Virus record (IMG/VR): IMGVR_UViG_3300044837_000085
Coordinates: 40,615 to 104,614 of that record
Reading direction: 5' to 3' (one strand)
Length of the DNA: 64,000 bases
Source of the DNA: a virus
This document shows, one piece after another, positions 48,379 to 57,961 of the stretch. The translations under genes and the position numbers were made by a program. The notes beneath the pieces were generated by a model. It did no database searches, was not told the origin of the DNA, and saw nothing but the letters and a program-made list of their open reading frames with translations. Position 1 is the first letter of the stretch, and each line of letters opens with the position of its first letter.

Positions 48379-49015
48379 CCAAATCCCAAATCCGCAACGT
48401 TTCTTCTATCGATCGACGCTCAAAACACTTCAACGAACTATTATTGGAGGCGTTGAACACCTGAATGCCCCGATCTCTGAGCTTCGGAGCGGCCAATTCA
48501 AAGGCGCGAATCCACCTACGAAAATTGTCTTCCGTTGGGTTATTGCCGCCCTGCCAGTTATTCCGTCCGTACCAGTGCGCTCCGCTTCGATCGTTCATAT
48601 CGAAACCGATCAGCAGGATATGCTTGACGCCGAACTGGACCGCGAGATTGAGCGCCTGAAATCCAGAATTGCCGCCGGATCCGAGTTTTCCGCACGACTC
48701 GAAAATCAGATCATCAGACTTGGCGGCAACATCAACCAACTTCAGGTCCGGATACGGCGCCGCCGGGTGAGCGTTGTCACCCTTCCATGTAATCTTGAGA
48801 CCCTTGAACTCCGGAAGACCGTTCCGCGCCTTCCACCATGCCGAGTCGCATCCATAAACAACATCTGCCCAAGGCGCTAATTCGACATTCTCCTTGATCG
48901 CGATGACTGGCATGGCGTCACGAAGCGCCGGGATATTTGCCTTCTTCGCTGACGGTCCAGACGCTATGATCGCAACGGCAAATCCGGACCAGTCCAGATA
49001 CCAGTCAGGTTTCAA
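48365..49015 (-). CDS. Maf/sialyltransferase-fold glycosyltransferase-like protein, paralog 2
   Basis: IIASGPS..APWADVVYGCD..NSGFQALNLA..LLIGFDM..HWYG..VFNAS. Confidence 0.7.
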   Translation of the reverse strand: MKPDWYLDWSGFAVAIIASGPSAKKANIPALRDAMPVIAIKENVELAPWADVVYGCDSAWWKARNGLPEFKGLKITWKGDNAHPAAPYPDLKLVDVAAKSDDLIFESCGKLGSGGNSGFQALNLAVQFGVKHILLIGFDMNDRSGAHWYGRNNWQGGNNPTEDNFRRWIRAFELAAPKLRDRGIQVFNASNNSSLKCFERRSIEETLRIWDLVDAA

Positions 49016-49018
49016 GTA

Positions 49019-50116
49019 TCAATCACTCGGGCTTGTGGTGGCGTTGGTCATGGTGCCTTCAACCGCGAAGTTGCCGGCCGATCCCTTGTTGTTCATGTAT
49101 GTTGTGGAGTCACCAGACAGGTAGATCAGCGGCCGAGAACCCGTTAGCAGGCTGCCATCCGCGCCCTGATCCACCGGCTTTCCATTGCTGATGATCTTTG
49201 CAACAATCGCCGGATCGGACAGGTCAACAGCCCGCGACACATCCAGATACAGATCGGAGAAATCGCCGATGAATGGTTCTGACAACGAATAGACAAGACC
49301 ATTATTTTGCCAGCCATCCGAACCAATCACGAAATCAGCAACCGACCAATCGATTTGGAAAGCAGCACCGTCCTCCCAATCAATAACGACGGTGCGCAGC
49401 ACACCATTGCGCAAAATCTGATAGGTACGCGATCCCGCCGCCGCGTTGACGTTCCAGCTATAAGCTACAAGCTGCCAATCACCAGTTTCCACGTCGGCGT
49501 GCTCGGAGACGCCCAAATCATTGTCAAAGCCCGTAAGACCATTCTGTTGAAATTGATAGAACGGTTGCCCGCCGCTGCCGACGTAGAAATTAGCCGGATT
49601 GTAGCCGTCCGTTTTCGGCAAGGTGGCGTGCGGAGCAGGTTGCGTTCCGGTATCGGAAAAATTGGCGATGGTAGACAAAATGCTCGGCGTTGACGCCGCC
49701 TTAAGCCAGTGGAAGAACGTTCCAACCGAACTTGGTGAACCTACAAACGAGCGCGTCCACAAAGTAGTCGCACCATCAAAGTTGACCGCGCCAGCTACAT
49801 AGTCCCCTCCCCCGCCTCCACCTGTATCGGCAGCACCCAACAAGGACCGATTCAGGATAGCCAGAGCATCCGTAAAGTCGCAGTTACCGTTGTTGAGGTT
49901 CAGTGAGCTGAAGTGCGCCGCAAGCTTGATGACGATGTCCGGAAGCGAGTCCGAGTAAATCGTCGATGACGATCCACTTAGATCCGTCAAGCAAGATGCC
50001 AGATATCTTGAAAGAGATTTCTGATTACGATTGAAGGGATAACCATTGGCCTCGAGATAGGTGATAACGACCTCTGCCCACTCTTCGCTTTCGCGAACGG
50101 TAAGGTTACGGGCCAT
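49019..50116 (-). CDS. Putative virion protein with LamG/concanavalin-like domain
   Basis: Poly-Gly linker then AVNFDG..WLK..WQLVAYSW..F.GDFSDLY. Confidence 0.6.
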   Translation of the reverse strand: MARNLTVRESEEWAEVVITYLEANGYPFNRNQKSLSRYLASCLTDLSGSSSTIYSDSLPDIVIKLAAHFSSLNLNNGNCDFTDALAILNRSLLGAADTGGGGGGDYVAGAVNFDGATTLWTRSFVGSPSSVGTFFHWLKAASTPSILSTIANFSDTGTQPAPHATLPKTDGYNPANFYVGSGGQPFYQFQQNGLTGFDNDLGVSEHADVETGDWQLVAYSWNVNAAAGSRTYQILRNGVLRTVVIDWEDGAAFQIDWSVADFVIGSDGWQNNGLVYSLSEPFIGDFSDLYLDVSRAVDLSDPAIVAKIISNGKPVDQGADGSLLTGSRPLIYLSGDSTTYMNNKGSAGNFAVEGTMTNATTSPSD

Positions 50117-50773
50117 TTAAGCCTCGCAAGCATTCGATTCCAGCAAGCCACATGACCGCATGGCCTCCTCTATGGACATCTTTCGAAACGCTTTCAGGCT
50201 ACTCACAGCAGATGCATTGATAACGTCGACACCACGATCAAGAAGATCGGCTGCAGCGCCATCAAATGCAGCGCGCCATCTCCTAAAATTATCCTCGGTC
50301 GGATTGCTCGCGAACGCCCAAGCGTTGCGTCCATACCAGTGCTCGCCACCGACGCCATGCATATCGAATCCGATAAGAAGAATTCTCTTGGCGCCGAACT
50401 GGACTGCCAAATTGAGAGCCTGAAATCCGGAATTTCCGGCGGCCCCGACCGTTCCTATCCTGTCGAACAGAAGTTTGTCGCCGTGGATGTTGGGAATCTC
50501 TACTTTGCGGATGCCGTATTCATCGCCACAGACATGCTTGTCATATGCTAGCTTCAATCCATTGAATTTCATGAGCCCGTGGACGTCGCGCCACCAATGA
50601 TGATCACATCCGTAAACCACATCAGCCCACGGTGCGAGTTCGACGCTTTTTTTGATCGCCAACACGCGCATCTTTCCACGCAGCAATCCTACATTCGACT
50701 TCTTCGCCGAAGGTCCAGAGGCGATGATTGCGACCGCTTGTCCGGTCCAGTCAGGCCAATCCGTCACGCCCAA
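50117..50773 (-). CDS. Maf/sialyltransferase-fold glycosyltransferase-like protein, paralog 1
   Basis: IIASGPS..APWADVVYGCD..NSGFQALNLA..LLIGFDM..HWYG..VINAS. Confidence 0.7.
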   Translation of the reverse strand: MGVTDWPDWTGQAVAIIASGPSAKKSNVGLLRGKMRVLAIKKSVELAPWADVVYGCDHHWWRDVHGLMKFNGLKLAYDKHVCGDEYGIRKVEIPNIHGDKLLFDRIGTVGAAGNSGFQALNLAVQFGAKRILLIGFDMHGVGGEHWYGRNAWAFASNPTEDNFRRWRAAFDGAAADLLDRGVDVINASAVSSLKAFRKMSIEEAMRSCGLLESNACEA

Positions 50774-51225
50774 CTTTTCCCATCCTTGCCTGGAGCGCCA
50801 TTCTTACCGTCGATCCCGTGCTTTCCGTCTCTACCGTCGCGCCCTTTCTTGATCGAAAGCCTCCACGATGAAGACCCATCAAGGGGCTTCTCCGTAGCCT
50901 CGGTATTGCGCTGGGCGATGTAGAATTGTCCGCCCCAAGTAACGCCATCGCCCTTGGCGTAAGACTGCTCTTTCCAGACGCCGCGGTCGATCACGATAGG
51001 AAAATCGAAACTGAATTCCTTAACGTTATCGCCGCGAACGAACCGGAGAGTAATTTTCCGCTCTCCGTCATGGACCACCTGCAGATCATCGAACCCCAAC
51101 CCGTCCGGACCTCGAGGTCCAGGCAACCGAGCTAGACTCCTGATTTCCTCCATCGCGCGCATACTCGCTGAGATGGCTACGTTTATCGCCTCCCAGATCG
51201 TATACTTTGGCACCATTTTCGACAT
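50764..51225 (-). CDS. Head-associated protein with carbohydrate-binding-like domain
   Basis: DRGVW..Y.KGDGVTWGG..W.L..KKGRDGRDG. Confidence 0.7.
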   Translation of the reverse strand: MSKMVPKYTIWEAINVAISASMRAMEEIRSLARLPGPRGPDGLGFDDLQVVHDGERKITLRFVRGDNVKEFSFDFPIVIDRGVWKEQSYAKGDGVTWGGQFYIAQRNTEATEKPLDGSSSWRLSIKKGRDGRDGKHGIDGKNGAPGKDGKSWA

Positions 51226-51235
51226 TCAAAATTCC

Positions 51236-52729
51236 TCAAGCCGCCATCAGCAGCAAGTCGTTATCGATGTCGACCGGATTAGGACCAAGTGTTGCTGTAG
51301 ACGAACAAGAGTCGCCACGCTCTTTCGCGGAAACATCTGCATTGATAGCTTGCGGCGCCGGCAACTCAAAACGTCGATACGGAGCGGGCCGCGATATACT
51401 ACCGCCAAGGAACGTTTGCCGTATCGACAGTGTAGAGGTCGACTGAACGCTGTCGCCGGTCTCAGTCGCATCCAGACTTCCGACGATCGCGCTTTCGGAT
51501 CCGGCAGAAGAGGAAAGTGTGTCAACACCTTCTGTAGTCGCCAGGCTGGCCGCAATATGCAGGACACTCGCTGATGTCAGACTGTCGGACGATTCCGACT
51601 TCGTAAGCGAAGCCTGTATCCTCAGCAAACCGCCAGAAGTAAGATCATCAGCCTGCTCAATCGCAGGAACAGATCCATGTATCTTCAGCAGCGACGCCGA
51701 CGTCAGAGTATCAACAGCCTCAGTCGAATCCAGCGAAGCACTTGTTTGACGTTGCGTAGTCGATGAAAGCGTATCCGCACCTTCCGTAGCAGATAGCGTC
51801 GCTTGAAGCTTGAGGCTCGCGGCTGAACTTAGAGTATCGGCCTGTTCAGTGCCGGCTTCTGCGGCCTGCAATTTAACTTTAGCAGCAGAAGTTAGGGTAT
51901 CGGCAATCTCGGTATTCGATAGCGAGGCGTGGAGTGCCAAAGCGCCGGAAGCGATCAGAGTATCGGCCGTCTCACTTGCAGAAAGTGATGCCTGAAGTTT
52001 TAGGGCGGCGACAGACGTTAGAGTATCGGCGACTTCCGTCGAAGCTTCGCTGGCCTGCAATTTCAGGGCAGCCAGCGAGACTAGGGTATCTGAGACCTCA
52101 GTGTTTGCGAAAGTAGCCTGAAGTTTAAGCGCGCCGACCGACGACAGCGTATCCGCAGATTCAGTTGTCGATTCCGCTGCTTGTAGCTTGACCTTAGCAG
52201 ATGACGAAAGCGTATCAGCCGCCTCAATGCCCGCCTCCGTTGCTTGAAGTTTAACCTTTCCGACAGAAACGAGAGTGTCCGCGACTTCGGTTGAAGTAAG
52301 CGTAGACTGTATTTTTAGGGTAGTCGTCGTCGCTAGAGTATCAGTACCTTCTGTCGCTGACAGGCTCGCCTTGATCTTGAGAGAAGAAGTTGCTGAAAGC
52401 GTATCCGCGACTTCAGTGGCCGAAAGCGCGGCCTTGAGTTTGATAGCCGCAGACGAAGATAAGGTATCAGAAGATTCCGTCCCCGCCTCGGTTGCCTGAA
52501 CCTTAACCTTGGCCGCGGAAGTGAGCGTATCCGCCACTTCAGTTGAAGTAATGGACCCCTGAAGCTTAATTGAAGCAACTGATACAAGGGTGTCGGCAGA
52601 TTCTGTTGTTGATTCCGTTGCCTGCAGCTTTACGGACGCGATTGAAACAATGGTATCTGCTGTCTCAGTCGCCGCCAGATTTGCAGCAACTACTTGCTGC
52701 TCAACAAGCGAGCGAAGATCGAGAAGCAC
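51236..52729 (-). CDS. Ser/Thr/Ala-rich 21-aa tandem-repeat protein (putative fibre)
   Basis: About 20 repeats of LKLQAxLSxTExADTLxSxxx. Confidence 0.8.
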   Translation of the reverse strand: MLLDLRSLVEQQVVAANLAATETADTIVSIASVKLQATESTTESADTLVSVASIKLQGSITSTEVADTLTSAAKVKVQATEAGTESSDTLSSSAAIKLKAALSATEVADTLSATSSLKIKASLSATEGTDTLATTTTLKIQSTLTSTEVADTLVSVGKVKLQATEAGIEAADTLSSSAKVKLQAAESTTESADTLSSVGALKLQATFANTEVSDTLVSLAALKLQASEASTEVADTLTSVAALKLQASLSASETADTLIASGALALHASLSNTEIADTLTSAAKVKLQAAEAGTEQADTLSSAASLKLQATLSATEGADTLSSTTQRQTSASLDSTEAVDTLTSASLLKIHGSVPAIEQADDLTSGGLLRIQASLTKSESSDSLTSASVLHIAASLATTEGVDTLSSSAGSESAIVGSLDATETGDSVQSTSTLSIRQTFLGGSISRPAPYRRFELPAPQAINADVSAKERGDSCSSTATLGPNPVDIDNDLLLMAA

Positions 52730-52735
52730 TGTAGT

Positions 52736-54132
52736 TTACGTCTTATAAATCAACTGAACTTCATGCCATCGAACGAAGGGGAAGCACTGCGATGCTGCTG
52801 CAGCCGCAGATTTGATCACGGCGATGTTAAACCCTCCCGTTGGAGGGATAAGGTAAAGCCCACGCACCTTGGTCTCGGTAACACGCCATAGTGTGCCAGC
52901 GAATACGGTCGGTGGGGTTATAGCCTCGGCTCCGTGATAGTTCCAACCGTCGTTAACCACTGTGGGGGCTGACGTGATGCGCGCCTTGCCATCATAGCCG
53001 GAACGACCACTGAGGCTGCGTATAGCGACGCCCGCGTCTGTCTGCACCGTGGTAGGAGCCTTATTGCACATCGCCAGCAGGATCGATGTGTCGTTTTGCG
53101 TGGCGTCAGTAACGCCTTCCGCATATCCGAACGAATCAATCGCGTAGCATTTTCCGCCACCCGGCTCTGCGTTATACAAACTCATCATCGCGGTCGTCGT
53201 AGGAAGTGCAGTCGCAGCCGCCACGCCTGTTGTAAGATTGACCTGCCACGAACCACCAAGTCGAACTATTTCAGTGAGTTCTGGCAGACCTTGGGCCACC
53301 AACTGTTCGCCGCGATTATTCAACTGGAATTGTTCATCTTCGCGATTTTCCGGATAATTTCCGGAGAAAAGTCCACGGACACGTCCGGTAATTTTCATCA
53401 ACATGAAGAAGTCCCCTTAATTCTCAGCGAGCGCCGTCAACAACATCTTGATCTCCTGAAGTGACTGGTCGATCGATTCGAGAATAGACAGCGACGAGCC
53501 ATCTACCATCAGAACCCCTCTGTCGACTTCTCCACGAACGCCAGCGCCGCCACTCGCTGAAAGAGGATCGCCAATGACAACTCGCTGACGATAATAGATC
53601 GCGTCAGCAGCAAGCGTCGTCTTGGTGCCGTCAGATCCGACAACCACGGTCCCGGCAGGAACGGTGATTGCCGATTGATCGATACTCTTTCCAGAGCCAT
53701 CGACCGCGACCTGGACGAAACCATCAGCCATCAGGCGTTGTTATCCGTAATGGTGAACGTATTGACGATGAAGTCTTGACCAGCCGTGAAACTGACGGAG
53801 TCAACGATCATGTCAGTGCCGCTCGTGCCGACTGTGCCCTGGATATGCTGGGTCGATCCATCGCTGGCATAAATCCGGAAATGCGCTGCCGTGCCAGAGG
53901 CGTCAGCCGCAGTATCTTCCCACGTTCCGGATTTGGCCTTCGCGCCGCTCGATGCGGCAGCCATCCAGTCCGAAGGTAACGACACCGTTGCAAGCACAGT
54001 ACCACTGTCCGCAGCCGCAACGTTTACGGGCGCGGCACCCGTCCTAATCTTTAGAACCGCAGACGTGCCGATCGCGGTTTCGATGGCGTCGAGTTTCGCG
54101 TTTCTCACGACAGCGCTATACTGGAGGGTCAT
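52736..54132 (-). CDS. Three putative head-accessory proteins (53731-54132, 53417-53731, 52736-53404)
   Basis: Coupled ORFs, beta-rich, within the head module. Confidence 0.65.
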
Positions 54133-56069
54133 TCCTCGTCAACCTCTCGCTTCTCAAATGTCTTGATGCGACCGGACTTGTCCCAACCGGTTACGGTCGT
54201 TACTTCCTTGCCGCGCTTCGGCATCTCGACTTTCGCAGGCTCAACGTTAACGATCGGCGCCGCCATGTTGACGACCGGAGCCTGCTGCTCTGGCACACTC
54301 ACATTCACAACAGTCTCGGGAAATTTCATCTCCGGAAGCCGCACGTCCGAATAGACGTTGATCGGCTGCATTTCCTTCTGAACTTGAGTCTGCGGCGTCT
54401 CTGCCATCATCTTGACGATGAGAGCGACGTTAGACGCGACGTCATCAGGGACGAAGTCATCGCTCTTGCGGAAGTCCTTCGATATCCGCTCAAGCTCTTG
54501 CTCGACGAACTTCGCCACTGTGGTCTTATCTAGTTCAGGAGCCTGAATGGACTCCAGCTTTTCCTCGATCATCCGCTCAAGCGGTTCGATTTCAGCGTCC
54601 TTGCCGACGATCGGACCAAGCTTCTTCGTCTTGCCGTTCGAAAGTGTCGCTACCAGCATCCCGGCGTGATCGATCAGAAGGTCGACTACGTCGGCGCCGT
54701 CAACACCGTCCTTTGGTTTCGCAATCTCAGCGAACTTCTGCTCGATCATCTCCTGGATGGCGGGCATCACTTCATCGACCGTGACACCCTTCCCGTCAGC
54801 CGGTACCGGGATCAACTTGGCTACGTCTTCGACAATCAGCGCTGCGATTTCTACGGGATCAGCGTCTTTGCCGTCCTTTGCAGGCTCAATCGCGGAAACC
54901 ACTTCCTCGATCAGCGGACGCACGTCATCGATAGTAACGCTCTTGCCATCAGCACCCGGAGCACCAGGCTCACCGTCCTTCGGAGGCGCAATACCAGCGA
55001 CCGCAGTCTCCACTTCCGCGACAATGATGGGAATAAGATCTTGGATATCGACGCTCGTTCCAGCCTCGCCCTGCGGCCCTTGCTGACCTTCAGGAATTAC
55101 CAACTTCGCGAACTCAAGTGCGACAGCACCATCGACAAGCGTCGCAATCTCATCCATCGTTACAGACTTGCCGTCGACGCCATCCTTGCCGTCCTTAGGC
55201 ACGGGCATCAGATCAACAAGTAGATTCGCAACCACGGCCGGATCGACCGGATCCGCATCCTTGCCGTTCTCTGGCTTCGGAATTGCAGCAACCATTTCTT
55301 CGAGCAGCGGTCGAACATCATCGACCGTAACGCTCTTTCCGTCTGCCGGATTCTCGATCGCATCAACCGCCTTCGAGACCTCCGCCGCGATCAATGCAGC
55401 TACTTCCGCCGGATCGACGCCCTTCCCGTCCTTCGGCTTCTCGATCTTGTCGATCGCGCTTGAGAGCTCCCCCGGCAATATCGCAGCAAGGGCGCTAATT
55501 ACCTCTTCCTTGATCGCTTCTGGCGACGCGTCCTTGCCGTCCTTCGGAGGATCAATTTTCGATACCTCTTCGATCACCATCGACCTGATGATTTCAGGAT
55601 CAGCATCCTTGCCGTCTTCCGGCGCTACCTTGGCGACCTCCTCTACGACGATGGCGCGGACGACTTCGATATCCGCGTCCTTGCCGTTTTCCGGGATAGG
55701 CAGAAGCTTGGCGGCGCGCGATGCGACTTCGTCCAGATCGACTGGCTCAGCATCCTTACCATTCTCCGGAACAGGAAGAGCCGAGACGGCCTTCTCGACC
55801 TTTTCGGTAACGACGCGCTCGATTTCGACAGGATCGATTTCCTTAGTCGGAATCTCGATCTTCGCGACCTCTTCCTTCACCAGATTGATGAATACGATCT
55901 TATCCTGCTCACGCAGCGAAGAGATGTCCGCGAAACGCTGCTCCACCGAAGCAAGACTCTCCGTCAGCCTTGTATTTTCAGCACGCAAGGGCGCTATCGC
56001 GTCACTAACGAACTTGCCGATGACCGGCGCTAGGCTTCCCATTAGGCCCGCGATCTCTTGATGCTTCAT
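54129..56069 (-). CDS. Post-portal acidic repeat protein (P-x-D/N-G-K-D/S repeats)
   Basis: More than 12 ENGKDA/KDGKD repeats separated by short helices. Confidence 0.8.
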   Translation of the reverse strand: MKHQEIAGLMGSLAPVIGKFVSDAIAPLRAENTRLTESLASVEQRFADISSLREQDKIVFINLVKEEVAKIEIPTKEIDPVEIERVVTEKVEKAVSALPVPENGKDAEPVDLDEVASRAAKLLPIPENGKDADIEVVRAIVVEEVAKVAPEDGKDADPEIIRSMVIEEVSKIDPPKDGKDASPEAIKEEVISALAAILPGELSSAIDKIEKPKDGKGVDPAEVAALIAAEVSKAVDAIENPADGKSVTVDDVRPLLEEMVAAIPKPENGKDADPVDPAVVANLLVDLMPVPKDGKDGVDGKSVTMDEIATLVDGAVALEFAKLVIPEGQQGPQGEAGTSVDIQDLIPIIVAEVETAVAGIAPPKDGEPGAPGADGKSVTIDDVRPLIEEVVSAIEPAKDGKDADPVEIAALIVEDVAKLIPVPADGKGVTVDEVMPAIQEMIEQKFAEIAKPKDGVDGADVVDLLIDHAGMLVATLSNGKTKKLGPIVGKDAEIEPLERMIEEKLESIQAPELDKTTVAKFVEQELERISKDFRKSDDFVPDDVASNVALIVKMMAETPQTQVQKEMQPINVYSDVRLPEMKFPETVVNVSVPEQQAPVVNMAAPIVNVEPAKVEMPKRGKEVTTVTGWDKSGRIKTFEKREVDEE

Positions 56070-56088
56070 GGAATACCCACAAGCCGGA

Positions 56089-57633
56089 TCAGGCGGCCAT
56101 CTTGGTCAATTGGACTTCCAGCGCTTCTTGCAGTGCCCACTTCGCGATCTGGTATTGCGCGGCGGTATCGAGTTCGTCGTCGAACGATTTTCCAGCGGGA
56201 GGAGCGGATGCCGCACCTGGATTTGCGACCGCCTCTTCCGCCGCAACCTCTTGGGCGGGCGACGGCGTATTCTGATCTCGCTTCGGCGCAAGAGCAAACG
56301 GATCGTCAGACTTATCTCGACGGTTCAGAGCATCCAGACTGAAGTTCTGCTGCTGCATGTAGATGGTATCGCCGCCTGTGACCGGCTTCTGATTCATCTT
56401 CTTCAGCGCAGCATTAGGCGTCATGATCGAACCACCAACGGCCTTCGACAACGCTTCGATCTGAGTCAGTGTGTCCATCCTGAGAAGATCATCAAGATCG
56501 AATTCGGTCCCGTAGGTGTGCGCCTGGTGATCTGTCAGACCAAGACCCTCGTCAAGACAAAGCTCGATCGACTCGATATGCGTCTGCAGGCACTGGGTAT
56601 AGTATTGCTGGTTGATGGCTTCGATGTTGTTGTACGCGGGCGGCGGCCCAACTCCGATCATGTACGGAGGAACGTGGAACGCGCTGCAGACGTTCAGTTC
56701 ATCCCACTTCAACTGATCCAACATCTGAGCGTCCTTCGCATCGACGCCCATTTTGGTGTAGGTCATGCCGTCGCCCATCACCGCAACTCGCTTGCGGTTT
56801 TCGCCGGTCATGTTGGCTTCCCAAGCCTGCTTGATGCGCTCTGCCGTCGACTGATCGATAGCTCCTGGAGCGGTGAGAATTCCGCCTGGCGTTGAATCAT
56901 TTTTGAAGAAGCGAGATGAGTTTTGCTGGATCGTCAATCCGTTAGATGCCGCCAATCCACATGCAGCCAATGGCGAAACGCCGCAGAGCGGATGAAAGAG
57001 CGCCGACATGGTGTCGTGGATGATCTCGGAGTCCGGAAGGATTAGTTTTTCTTGCTCTACTCCGGCGAGATTATCCTTCAGGATTTCATAGTAGACGTCG
57101 CCGTTCGGCGCTACCAACGGCTTCACCCTAGTCGGATCAAGCACGTACATCTCGATCACGACACCTCGGCCGTCGCGTTCTTTCAGAACATAGGTATTGC
57201 CGTGCAACAGCTTGGAGAGAACCCACTGCTCAAAGAATTTGATCCTGTTCTGCCACCTATTGGGCTTCTCCAGGATAGGAGAAAAGGCCGGGACATAAAC
57301 TTCCGACCAGATCATATTCTTATCTTGCTCGACGAGCCGGATCCGGACCTTACCAATGTCAGATGAGATCAGGGTCGCACAGGAATAAACTGCGGAGAAC
57401 GCAACGATAGTTTCGCGGCGCACTTCTATATTGCGCTGCCATGCTCCGGTAAACGGTTCGCGGATGATAGGAAACCAGCCGCCGCCGTAACCACCGCCGG
57501 TTCCTATGAGAGGAGAAATATCGGTTGCGCCAACTGGCGACTTGGTGATCGTGATCTCGCGCCCGAATGCGCGCAGGCTGAAGCCGCCCCTGGACTTGCT
57601 CGAGCCTTGAGCGACGGCCGGAACGCTAGGCAA
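56089..57633 (-). CDS. Portal protein (HK97 family)
   Basis: AVYSC..I..KPNRWQ..LLHGNTY..GVSPL..FHVPP..TPN. Confidence 0.93.
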   Translation of the reverse strand: MPSVPAVAQGSSKSRGGFSLRAFGREITITKSPVGATDISPLIGTGGGYGGGWFPIIREPFTGAWQRNIEVRRETIVAFSAVYSCATLISSDIGKVRIRLVEQDKNMIWSEVYVPAFSPILEKPNRWQNRIKFFEQWVLSKLLHGNTYVLKERDGRGVVIEMYVLDPTRVKPLVAPNGDVYYEILKDNLAGVEQEKLILPDSEIIHDTMSALFHPLCGVSPLAACGLAASNGLTIQQNSSRFFKNDSTPGGILTAPGAIDQSTAERIKQAWEANMTGENRKRVAVMGDGMTYTKMGVDAKDAQMLDQLKWDELNVCSAFHVPPYMIGVGPPPAYNNIEAINQQYYTQCLQTHIESIELCLDEGLGLTDHQAHTYGTEFDLDDLLRMDTLTQIEALSKAVGGSIMTPNAALKKMNQKPVTGGDTIYMQQQNFSLDALNRRDKSDDPFALAPKRDQNTPSPAQEVAAEEAVANPGAASAPPAGKSFDDELDTAAQYQIAKWALQEALEVQLTKMAA

Positions 57634-57637
57634 CTAA

Positions 57638-57898
57638 TCAGTCCTCCGCGCGCATGTCGCGACGACTGTACGTTCGGCCGCGCCGTCTGCGCACTTGCTC
57701 GTCATCGGCCTCGACGATATCAGGACCTGGCTCGACTGCTGCGGTTACGATCTGACTCGCTACATTTCGTGGTGCTGAATTCGCACGCGCGAGCGCACGC
57801 CAAAGTCTGGCTTCCTTATCCGGGCATTCAAACTCATCTCCGGCGCGAAGCACCTTCCCGTAGACCCGCGCTTTAGGGACCGTGACAACCATACGCAT
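57638..57898 (-). CDS. Small capsid-associated protein
   Basis: Between capsid and portal; ends YSRRDMRAED. Confidence 0.7.
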   Translation of the reverse strand: MRMVVTVPKARVYGKVLRAGDEFECPDKEARLWRALARANSAPRNVASQIVTAAVEPGPDIVEADDEQVRRRRGRTYSRRDMRAED

Positions 57899-57961
57899 AA
57901 GGCGACTCCGTCAAAGAGAAGCCCGCCGGACTTAGCCGGCGGGGAGATATTACGTTTCGGA

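Noticed and set aside
55168-56895. Long + strand ORFs (also 62485-63537, 58052-58738, 1227-2261)
   Set aside because: Antisense shadows of well-supported genes in GC-rich sequence
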